Shown here: one piece after another, positions 52,913 to 64,000 of the stretch
How positions within the stretch are numbered: position 1 is the stretch's first letter
How the letters are laid out: each line of letters begins with the position of its first letter
NCBI RefSeq assembly: GCF_964204645.1
Contig: NC_134029.1
Coordinates: 21,880,950 to 21,944,949 of the forward strand
Direction of reading: 5' to 3'
DNA length: 64,000 bases
Origin: Tubulanus polymorphus
Taxonomy: Eukaryota; Animalia; Nemertea
The notes under the pieces: generated by a model
Told to the model about the DNA's origin: nothing
Database searches by the model: none
What the model saw: the letters and a program-made list of their open reading frames with translations, nothing else
Program-made: the position numbers and the translations under genes

Positions 52913-55542
52913 ATGAACTCAGTTCGTACGTATGCAATATTATACACCGAAATGATCTTTTTTGTAAATATTTAAAAATTCCTCCAGAATTTCTCGCTGT
53001 CACTGACGACTGACGACGAATTTTAAAAAAGTAGTAGGCCAAGCCAAAAAAGACATAACACTGAACAGGATTGAGTTTTTTGCACTTTCTCTTCAAATTA
53101 CCAATTAGATCCGTTGGAGTATTTCACGGCGAAAGATGCCCGAAAATTACTCCGCAACAAGTTTGTTGTAATCATAGGCGATTCTCGTAAGTAGTAATGT
53201 CAATTTCCTCCTCGTGATTTAGAATCCTCATTTTCAGGATGCTGGATGGATGATAATGAGTATTTTGTTTTTTATCGGCTGCAGTTCAAAGAGGAAATTA
53301 CAAAGATCTTGTTTGCTTGCTACAATATGATCGACACATGACAACTTCTGAAGCGAAGAAGAAAGTAAGCAACAAGTTGTGGATTGTTGAAAATTTTAGA
53401 CAGTGTCTATTATGTCAGTGGCACTAAAGCTCCAATATTGATATATGAATAACATCTTTCGATTAATTTTCGTGGCAAACATTTCCAAAATTTGATGAGA
53501 ATTCCCAAGCCAAAAATACTCTAATTTTTTGAGTGAATGGAATAAGGTATAAAAGCATAAATTTAGTTGAGCAACCGGACTTCAACTGTTATGTCAACTG
53601 TCACCATATTTTCACACCTGCGTGAATAGAATAGAGCTACTATGAAAATTATTTTACTAGTCCAGAAATGGCTATTTTTGATCTTGTGGTCTGAGGTTGA
53701 AATTTGAAATTATCAAATCGATAAAAATTGTAAAATAAATCAAGATTTCATGAATGACTGCAACTGACTCAAGATGTTGAAATTTGACTCTTTCGGTGGT
53801 TTGTTAGAAATGAACCAGAGAGACTACCATTAGGCTAGTTTCTTTGCAATGGATCGAGTTTAAGTCGCGAATAAATTTTTTCAGGGAGAGCCGACGCATT
53901 TGAATGATGAGTTGATCGAAGGAGGTAGATTGCATAATGAAACACACTATCGTGAAGTGAGACAGTATCAAACGTTATATCACCTAGTTCGGTTTTACTT
54001 CGTCACTCGATGCTACGGAGAGTACTTCGATACGATACTGAAAGATTTGGAAACCGGTCCCGAACCTGACGTTGTAATCATGAATTCCTGTCTATGGGAC
54101 ATGTCCAGGTTGGTTTCTTGAGTGACATTAGTTTTATAACTCTTTCATTGTTTCTGTATTTTCGTAAAATTTTTGTGTATATTTTGCTATTGGTTACTTC
54201 ATGTTTTCAATGAGGATAAAAACTCAAACTCAACCGTTTTTGGCTTACACTTACACTTTTTCGTGAATCTGGGCCCTGATGGGATGTTAAGCTTAATTAA
54301 CAGTTTTGTTAATATTTCATTTTGCATTACCTAGTGGATTTTCTAAAAAGAAAATTAAATAATGTTCATTTAAACTCCTGAAACGGGTTTGATATCTAAC
54401 AATTTTGTAGGCCTAACTGTCTTTCATTCCTTAATAGTGGTTTTTAAAAACAGAAATATTCATTTTTACTTGTGTGAATAAGGTTAGGCATGATGTAACC
54501 TTTTTTTCTACTCGTTTTATGTCGTAGGTATGGACCGAGTTTCATGGGTCGTTATCAAGATAACATCGATCACTTGTTTAACCAAGTGAATAGCGTTTTA
54601 CCGAAGGATACGCTGTTCATGTGGTTGACGTGTACGCCGATCGGTAGTAAGTCTCGCGGCGGATTTCTGAAGGATCGAATCCAGTGGAAAATGGATACGA
54701 TGCGACTCGACATACTGGAGGCGAATTTCTTCTCGGCTCAGGCCGCGTTGACGCACGGGTTCGAAGTCGTCGACATGCATCGTTTCATGCGTAATTTCCT
54801 GCACCTGCGTTCGCGCGACGACGTACACTGGTTACCGGCGGGTAACAGACGCATAACGAATGAGATCCTGGCGCACGTCGCCAAGTTGTTCGGTTTTCCG
54901 GTTCCGAAGCCGGATTTCCAAAAGTACATCAGCCTCGTGCCGGCGCAGGTCGGCTTTCACGCGAAGCATAACAAAGCCGATATCGAATCTATTTCCGATA
55001 TTGATAATAACAACAATCCGACGTTTTCGAGTTTGATGGGACCGGGACCGTCAGCGCGGCGTAGTCGTTCGATAAGTGTCGGAGACGCACCGATGCGAGC
55101 GATGAATTCCAATTACCCGATAGCTCATCCTCAGAACGATTTTACCAACGATATATTTCCCAGCGAAATGAACAATTGCAACAATTACATGCGTACGTTT
55201 CAGCAGCAAAACTACAATCACAGATTCGGTTTCGAGAAAGCCAACGCGAGGCACGCTCAACGAAATATGTCGCCTTTTAATCAACCTAGAATGAACAACG
55301 GCATGAACTATCAAAGCCCGTTGGGAAACTCTTGTTACGAAAACGGCTTCGACAATTTTAACAATTACGTTTTCACGCCGTGGGCCAATCAACAGCATAC
55401 GAACATCATGCGTCCGATGCAGCCTCGCCTGAAGCAGTATAATCCCTACCTAAACTGCATTCCTCAACAGATGTACGGGCAAGGTCCCCGACTGCCGGCC
55501 AATCGCAATACTGTTTTCAACAATATTTGTAGCTGGTTTTGA
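52913..55542 (+). CDS. PCED1A: PC-esterase domain-containing protein 1 (SGNH/GDSL-like) with an N/Q/M/P-rich tail. Exons ~52913-52925 (tentative), 53109-53186, 53285-53364, 53885-54108, 54528-55542
   Basis: LLRNKFVVIIGDS..YKDLVCLLQ, LHNETHYREVRQ..HLVRFYFVTR, PDVVIMNSCLWDMSRYG and DDVHW match PCED1A/B (FAM113). The first mini-exon is inferred from CAAC-ATG plus a GTACGT donor. Confidence 0.88.
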
Positions 55543-55831
55543 TTGAACTGGGAACGTTCCATTGAACTGATACTCGATTACGTATTTTATATGTTAACCG
55601 CCAGTGAAAGCATTTATTGTTTTTTGTTCCGTTTATAATGTGCCTTATTTCACAATTCAAACGTTATTTTTCATGTTTTTGTGCACTTAGTTAAAAAGCT
55701 AAGACAAGCTAAATGTTTTCGACCAACAATTCAATTGGCTTTTATTTGTGTCTATATTTTGTGCGAAAAGTACTGTAAGAAAACTGTGCTTCCTGCTTTG
55801 CTAGCGCATAATGATGATTCTAATGCTTAGA

Positions 55832-56118
55832 TCATGGTTCTTACGGGTTTTGGAAAGTGGGAATTTTTTTCCAAGGCCCTTGAAAAGCTATGAATATTTT
55901 ACACTATAATGCCTAAATGTCTTATTAGAGATTCGATAACAAACTTTATGAAAACACTTTTACAATGGTATTAATGATTGGCATTTATTTGCTTAGAATA
56001 GGCTTACCTTGCCTGTTCTAGGTTGGCGATGTATACCTTAGGGATATGGAAATTTTATAGTCTGGGTATGATGCAGAAGTTATGGGAAAATGAAATTGGG
56101 AAACCTGTAAAAACCCTG
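55832..56118. mobile_element. Degenerate TIR element
   Basis: CATGGTTCTTACGGGTTT ... AAACCTGTAAAAACCCTG imperfect inverted ends. Confidence 0.45.
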
Positions 56119-59100
56119 TTTGATATCGTTCATCGACAAGTTATTTTCTAGGTATCATCGGTATTATCTATCATGCTGCTTTGTTCAACTATTAATGATC
56201 TGCTTTACTTTCTATTTGTATAATAAGTTTTTCTTTGTAAATATGTTTTCGTACGATTGGTCGGGTCGATATGCATATTGCATAATTAAATATTATGAGG
56301 AAGCTCTCTGAAAAAATGCAAAAGCGGCTTCAGGGGATATTTTTATGCCAATTGTGTTCTTGAGTTCGGAAAAAGCTTGTATTGGAAAATTACTGAACTT
56401 AATTGTTGTAGATTCAAACCAATTTTTTTGTAACCTGTAGATATATGTGCGTATATTGTGAACAAATATGTTACAGATACGTAGTACGTTGAAAGAGATA
56501 TCATTTTGTTGTAAGAATTTTAATTTTGCATTTACAGTTACCTATATCAATTTTATCCATTGTTGCCTAAACCAGTATTAACATGATATTGTATGTAATA
56601 GAGTGAATCTGAAGAGATTATTTACCAACAGCAGGAGAGTAGACAGTATTGAAACCTGAAAAAAAGCCATAATTATCCGTATAATCCATTGCCTTCCCAG
56701 TATTTGGTTAGAAATACCTCCACATATTTTTTACAGAAAGTATTAAGTAGTTTCCCAAGAGTTAGCATTTTAGCTAAACAAGTAGGAAGATCAGATCTTA
56801 AAAAATGTGATTGCCAGTATATATTGAGTATTATTGTAGTAGATAAAGTGTATTCTGGGTATGTTTAAATATGTTAGTATTTTTCTATTTTTATCATTAT
56901 GCAATAATCTCAAATAGATTTAGTGTTGAATTGTTCATCGTTATAACTCAAATATATTGTTTCTGTACAAATATCTATAGCCAATATCCTCGGAAGTTCC
57001 TGTACAGTTTATTTTCATAACCCGTTTTATAAACAATTTTCGAAATATATCATAAGTATTTTTCAAGTGAAATTGCACTCATTTTCCTCTTTGGAGTAGA
57101 ATACCACAACTGTTGATTTATTGTTCCTTCAACCCAATTAGCCCTCATCTTGTGGACATTAAAGGGCAGGCAGCTGGCCATTATTATACGGATTATGACC
57201 ATGCTGGTGGTTGACTGACACATTCATTGTTTGTAGTAAGCCTATTTAGTGCTACTTTTGGAAAACTTTGTTAAGGCCCTGGTTTGAACTTACGTTTCAT
57301 AAAAATGTCAATAAGTGCAAGAAAAATGCTACTTGTTGACTGAAAAATGTTTGTGTTGAGTAGTGCATTAACATTAACAATGTCCTGATACATGAATTAT
57401 GACAAGTGACATGTATTGCTGCCGTGAGATCTGAGGCAAGTGCTAGCTACTGAGTTAAGAGTATTGATTAATATTATCCAATGGTCTAAATATCTTCGAG
57501 AATAAAACTTAATTGGCTATGAACTCTTCCTGTGGCATGTGGGTCTATCGCTTTACCGGATGCTAGTACATCGCCGAGAAAATAGTTCTATTTAAAATGG
57601 TTTGAAAATCGTTTTTGAAAGCAGATTCCCTTTTAAAAGCAGTTTAATTTGATACAATTATTCATCTAAACGAATTAATGTTGACTGATGAATGAAATTT
57701 GATTTCGAAAATATTTGTATTCCTCGCTTGCCACAGTAAAACAGCGAAATGCTGCGAATTCTCAGCCGTTCGGTGCTGCCCCTATGAATAACGATAACGG
57801 AATTTCTGCGAACCAAAATCGTAAGAAAAAGAATCGTAAAAAGCCGAATAACAACGGGTTTAATATTTTCAATTAACTCAACAAGTTTTTATTATAATCA
57901 ATTGACCAAAAGAGAACAATAACTCGATGATTATGTGACAGTTTAAAATAGAGTATAACATACTTTAAAAGAAAGGATACTGCTAAAATCCATATTCACA
58001 AAATCGCACATAAATTGTAGACCAAAAATGTATTCTTGCAAGCAAAATATGCTGTTATTTGACTAATCCAGCAAAAGCATATTTACATGCTGCAACAACC
58101 AACAAGAAAAATTAAGTGGAGAGTAATTGCTATGATAAATCATAATTCTAAAACTTTTACATAATATATCTATATTGCTATTTGATATGTTAAAATCTGG
58201 ATAAATTTGTCGCGGAATTAGATTAGTGTTAAACATGTATAAAACAAGTCTAATGTCTATAATCAGAATCAAATACCTTGTATTAACTAGGAATATAACT
58301 ACCAGGCACAGAATTGCGTGCCTTGCAATTAATAATACCCTCAAAAAGAACTGTAATAGGACTTAATCCAATGCCATGTAGACAGCAATTACTCTGCATA
58401 GATATGTTAACATTACATGCAAAATACGAACGATTCATTGTTCTTAACCATGCTACATTATTACACAGCATCTTAGACATTATGTAACTTTTTAACCAAG
58501 CTCTCAAAACATGGACAGTTATGTATAGAATATGCCAACAATGATTTACTAATCTGCACCCAATCATAACTAAGTGGCTGTTCGTAATGCTAACACACAC
58601 TTGATGAATAAAGGTAATAAATGGCAACTACAAGAATGTGATCAAACATCAAAATAACAAGGCAATCCAAAACATGTAGTTAGAATCATCTTTAATGAAT
58701 GGGCTTCCTGGCACCAAATGAATTCATTATTGACAATGAGTAGTCGTAAATAAAGGCAGCATCTCTATTTCAATCTTCAAATTAAATTCCTTTCAAGAAA
58801 CGAAGGAAAACTAGTTTTAACAATTCTACAGATTTCGGGCATCAAACATCTAAGTTGTCAGATGCCAATTTAGGAATTTTAGACCCCTCCCCCAATATGA
58901 TCCAAGCTAAGTGATGGACTTCGAGCTAATGCATCTGATTTATGTGATATTTCTACCAGACTGGAAAATATCAGCCATGTTTAATAATTGTTGATATGGA
59001 ACACGGCAAAAATCTCACGAGTGTGCTTACGAGGTCTAATAAAAATAGTTTGAAGCATATCGTGAAAATTGAATACTCTTATCACCATTTACAGAAGCCA

Positions 59101-59349
59101 GTCCCAGCAGTGCAGATCCAATTTTGACTACCTTACCAAAGAAAAAAGGTTCACCAACCCAAATTCGGTGAAAATCCAATTCAGGTTCCCCATATTTACC
59201 GGTAACCTTATTTGCAAAATTTACAAAGTCGTTTGAATTTTTTTCTGCTTTTCTTCAAGGGCATTTCACTTTTTTTTTAGTGCCTCACACGAGGGATGAT
59301 ATGAGACCCCTGGATCTGCCGTCATGGTGATGATATTTGAACTAAAGAT

Positions 59350-59470
59350 CAGGGGTCAGTTGCTCAAAACTTTGTTAGAGTTAACCAGTTTATAGTTGAC
59401 ATAGTGACAATTAAAATTCATCGTTACTTTGGTACTTATCGTTAACCAATTTTTGAGCAACTGGCTCCTG
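59350..59470. mobile_element. Short palindromic MITE; partial relative at ~52119
   Basis: CAGGGGTCAGTTGCTCAAAA ... TTTTGAGCAACTGGCTCCTG. Confidence 0.75.
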
Positions 59471-61228
59471 TAATTCAGAACATAAATTTAGCTCTGAAAT
59501 CTTACCGCTACTACATTGGTGATGGCTGAAGTGAGTGAAATTAATCTAATTCACATTCCTTAGTAAATACCTATACAATTTACGTGTATCAATGTATTTA
59601 CATGAAACACTTATAAACTTTATATTACCGCTATGAACATTAATATACATATATATTTATATATTAGACTGTATATACATGTACATGTATGTAATAAGTA
59701 TATCTTTTTCAGAATATAAATAAACTATTTCCTATTTACATCTTAATGTAGACTACAAACATCTCTCTTTCATACATTTATATACAGTATTTTCAATCGA
59801 TATCACCTAAAAATCCTATATGTCTCAATTAAATCCGCTAAGAAACTGTGATATTATCCAAAAATTTCATTTATTTCGACCCATCTTGAACGATGATCAT
59901 ATCATATCACCCCTTGGGGATGTGCCATGAAAACATATGTATTTTTAAAGCTATTTCTCAGCTCGAAGCAGTGATATCGAATTTATTGTATCATACGTTT
60001 ATTCTGGTTTAAGAATCGCGGTTGAGAGAAATGTGGATTGGTTGGAAAACTCAATTGAAACCTAATTTGAAGAGTTTGAAATATTATGAGACTTGCTTAT
60101 CACATTTTTACAAATCATGTATCTACATTAGCACAAACGTCACCCAGAAGCATTCATTTATTTTCTGGCCATCTTGGATGGTGTGAAAAAACCCCTTCTT
60201 CTGCCTCAAGGTTATCTAACTCAAAGCTCTGATTTGGCCTCTAATATAGACATATAGTCATTTTTTGGTACAAAATAATGTTACACTGACATGTCAATAT
60301 TGTAACATGTCTTCTTTTTAATATGGTTAGTCTAATCATGGATGTATAAACTAGTTTTTCTGTCCATGGTCTAATGACATGTCATACATGCATGCGTACA
60401 AGTTTGAGACAGTTTATGTTAATTATTCTTAATCAACGTTACTACTATAAACTATATACCGTGTGTTTATTTCAATCAACAGATACAATAGAATCTGTGG
60501 TTGGATTTAACTTTTATGAACTACTCTAAAACTCAACAAATATCTAGGTACTATACTTATGTAAAAATCAACAAATAAAAATTTCACAAAAAAGGATTGC
60601 ACAATTTCAGCAAAACATTCACCCAGCCGATCAAGCGTCAGGCAGCCGTTGATATTGAATATCTATTCATATTGCTATCAGATATGTACATATAAGTGGA
60701 AGCTACTAAAATTATGATAAATGACGCGATAGTTGTTGGCACACAGGCGGAGATGGTAAAATACCTGGGCGGAGTTATAGCTGTCTATCATTTTCATTAT
60801 CAAAGTACAAGGTTTTCATTTTTATTGACGTACATGTACAAAGATTATAAAGCTATAGGTTTTTGATATACACAATGAAAGTACAGCTGATCATCACAAC
60901 ACATAAATCTAAAGCTTTTCGAAAAGAACTGATGGTAAAACCGGTTCAACAACAAGACATGATTAGGCTGAATAACTAAGCGATGACTTAAAATCTTTCT
61001 TCACAAACTGTGAAGTAAATTAACGCATACGTTAGGATTTTCATAAACACAATGAGACAATAACAAGATGACAATAATGATAATTTTTGTACTAATTTGC
61101 AAGTCAATTAGCAACATATAAAAAATTCATATAGTATGATTGAACTTCTTCTGATTTGACGAATGCCTCGACATCGTTTGAAAACTATTTTACCGCGATC
61201 TGCATATAACCGTGTATCTATAAAATAG

Positions 61229-63942
61229 TTACAGTCTGGTCTGACGGCCCGATGTATCGACGAGATTGAAATTACTCGTTTTTTCTTTGAAACATTTCTC
61301 GCAGAGGAAATCGTATTCCTCTCGGCCGAAGAACGGACATCGCGACACGCGACACCTGTAGTTAACGAACACATCAGACGCACCCGACCGACGAGGAGAC
61401 GAACCGCCGATGTGATTTTGAATCGGGATTTCACGAACGACATTTGGCACCTTTTTAGCTGCAGTTGCGCCACTGATGTGCAATTTATCGATCACATGAT
61501 AATCGACGTTATCGTATTCCGAACGCCTGTTGTAGGCGGGTAATTGCTGCGGGGAACTACTCAAATAATCAGATCGCTGATCAGCAGTGACATAGTGAAC
61601 CGGAATCGTGACGCCGCCCAATTCCGCCGGTCCGAGTCCTCGAATACGTTGACTAGGGCTACCCGGATACGCCTTACCCTCGTCGTACGACGGTGGAAGA
61701 GCGGAAACGCGTTTGACGGTCACGTCCGGCGACGCTGAACCGTTATAAAAGGTCGAGTTCTTCAGTTTTATAGTAGAAGGCATGTTAGCTGACCCGAGGT
61801 TATTGAGAACGGGTTCTTCGACCGGCGGATAAAGCCGAGCCTTATCCGACTCACCAGCACCGTAGCTAATAGTTACCAGGTTAGTCTTTGCGTCTTTATG
61901 GACAGTTTGCGAATTCTGTAAATTTAGAGCTTCCTGTTTCTGTTTCGCGAAACACGACGAACACAAATACGACGTTTCATCCGTACCGAACATGTTACAA
62001 CCGGGCGTTATGCACTCGACGGTGATATGCTCTCTCGAGAGACGACGTTGTTCGCAGACTTTCTTCATTTCGATCGCTTTCTTCGTTTTCAGTTCTTTAT
62101 CGATTTTAAAGCGTTCTTCGGCGGTGTGAAGATAATTACGTATCATCTCCTCCTGATACGGCGTACGTTTCGGATGCATCTTCGCCGCCAGGATGTGATC
62201 TTTATCCTTCAACATTTCGATCGTCAACGTCAGCTTCGTCGTCTGCGTCTGAATTCCGCCGAGCGAATTACGCCGCGCGTTATTCAGCGTCACCGGCGTG
62301 GCGTCCGTCGCCATGTGGTGCTTCATCGCTTTGCCGATGCCTCCGAGGTTCTTTTTCAACTTTTTGCTCATAGTTTTACCGATACTTCCGAAGCTCGTGG
62401 CGACTTTTTGCATCTGTTTTGCCACTTTGCTTTTCTCTTTGCCCTGGCTGTCTTCGCTTTCGCAAGAGCCGCTGCTCGACTTGCATTCGTCGCTGTCGTT
62501 AGTGCTGACGCTCTCTTTACTGGTTGTTAGATTATTCAGTTCGTGTTTCGGTATCGGCGCTCGGTATATTTCGACGTACTGCTCGATCAATTTCAGTTTT
62601 TCTTCCGCGTTCATCTCGTATTCGTTCACCTTCTCTTCGTCGTATTCGTCCTTTCCCCAAATGAAATCTTTACCGGGGTCGATCGAAAACTGAAGCGGAA
62701 GAAGCTTGAACTCCGGATCGACGAGGGGAATAGATGCTGAAAGTAAACAAATCGTCAATTGATAAAACCAAAAATACACATCTAAAACACTTAAACACAA
62801 GCCGCAAGCCACATGTTACGCAAGATGGGTACAGAATTTTTCCAGCATGTATATAATATGTAGAATATTAGTAGTTGTCATTGCATCACAAAGCACTTGG
62901 CACACCTGATAATGCAATATATGTCAAACCAACATTGTGACAGTTAACAGAAATTTTCAGTTCATCCAAAGTGCCACATACGTTGTATTTCAGTAATTCG
63001 GTATTTCCCTAAATTGATCTCTGTAGTACGGGAATTATGCTAGAAATGTCTAGAGATATACTCTCAGCATGAAAATGAAAACAGAAAATCCGTTTGGCAT
63101 TCGGTGCTGCAAATGACTTCCGGATCGACAGTGAGCGTTTAATGCTTTCAGGACTGATTCAGTGGTAAAGAAAATGGTAATTCACCCGAACCTTACCTTC
63201 GGGTTGATATCTGATATCGGAATTCTGTTGCTCCATCGCTACTAACGCAGAAAAGTGTGCGGCATCGTAGGTCAGTACGAGTGGAGATCTTCGACGCAGT
63301 TTATGATTCTGACACTCATAAGGCAGGTAAATTCCTCCGAACGGAATAGGCGCCAAGGCTTCACCGTTACAGTCCTTCAAAATCACATCAGCAACAATGA
63401 TCACCGGTCTACGAAGTACGTGCGCTAACACGAACACGTGAATTTCTTCTAAGCTCTCGTAAAATGCTGGGTTGTCCTCATTTAGGCGCTCCATTGCGCT
63501 GAAATAACAAATTTTCAGCATTGTAGAAAATGAACATTGCAAAATAAATGGATCGATTTAGGATATTTCATTAATCGTTATTTCATTTGCATGTATTTTC
63601 TTTTCGAGTGATAACTTTCGGAGAACTGAGGTGATTAACTATAATAATAACAGTGACATTCAATCCAATCGAATCTAGTATCCAACTGCAAAATAGAGCG
63701 TCTACAGAGACAAAAAGTAGCAGAATAACATATAGTCCGTTCTATTGTGACTCTGTTCATACGAAATGTGCTTCTTGTGAGGAATGGCGTTCATACCGAT
63801 TCAACCATCTAGGCTAACACATAGTTATATACGGTAGACATACGTGATGTGAGTCGCTCTAAACACAAACTCATACCTCGTTTTTCGCAAAACGAACGAA
63901 TAGCGTTCATTTGAAAAGGTTTCGACTATTTTCTGGGACACC
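61229..63942 (-). CDS. OTUD7B: OTU deubiquitinase of the OTUD7/Cezanne (A20-like) family, 3' part. Exons 63942-63877 (tentative), 63498-63197, 62736-61229; 5' end lies beyond the window
   Basis: [53 protein letters not shown] (catalytic His), [37 protein letters not shown], and two A20-type zinc fingers. Confidence 0.9.
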
Positions 63943-64000
63943 CTGGTCAGAGTAGAGAGGAAGACGGATATAGTTAACAATTCACATCTCTACGTGAAAT

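Noticed and set aside
53114-53116. Possible TTG initiation of PCED1, aligning with the vertebrate initiator Met
   Set aside because: An upstream mini-exon (CAAC-ATG 52913, GTACGT donor) supplies an in-frame ATG more parsimoniously.
62737-62812. N-terminus of the 527-aa ORF (MACGLCLSV...)
   Set aside because: Intronic. The real exon starts at the acceptor at 62736 and joins the upstream OTU exon in frame.

Overview
AT-rich, intron-rich eukaryotic (invertebrate animal, plausibly lophotrochozoan) genomic DNA, not prokaryotic. Gene models were built by eye from GT-AG splice sites and remembered similarity to known families. In order: a disabled rhodopsin-class GPCR (-), OBI1/RNF219 (+), a CaaX lamin (-) head-to-head with SUPT7L (+), an uncharacterised 3-exon ~480-aa gene (-), bifunctional PAM (PHM+PAL, -) head-to-head with CCDC124 (+), two tandem SAMD8/SMSr paralogues (+), a PCED1-type SGNH esterase (+) and the 3' part of an OTUD7/Cezanne-type deubiquitinase (-). 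Many short MITE-like inverted-repeat elements, a tRNA-derived SINE fragment and a (TA)n microsatellite are also present. The strongest lead is the SMSr tandem pair. Copy A keeps Glu next to the catalytic His (AHEHYSID, the CPE-permissive state) and copy B has Asp (AHDHYSID, the SMS1-like state). The two copies alternate near-identical and strongly diverged blocks, which suggests a head-group specificity switch with gene conversion elsewhere in the gene.
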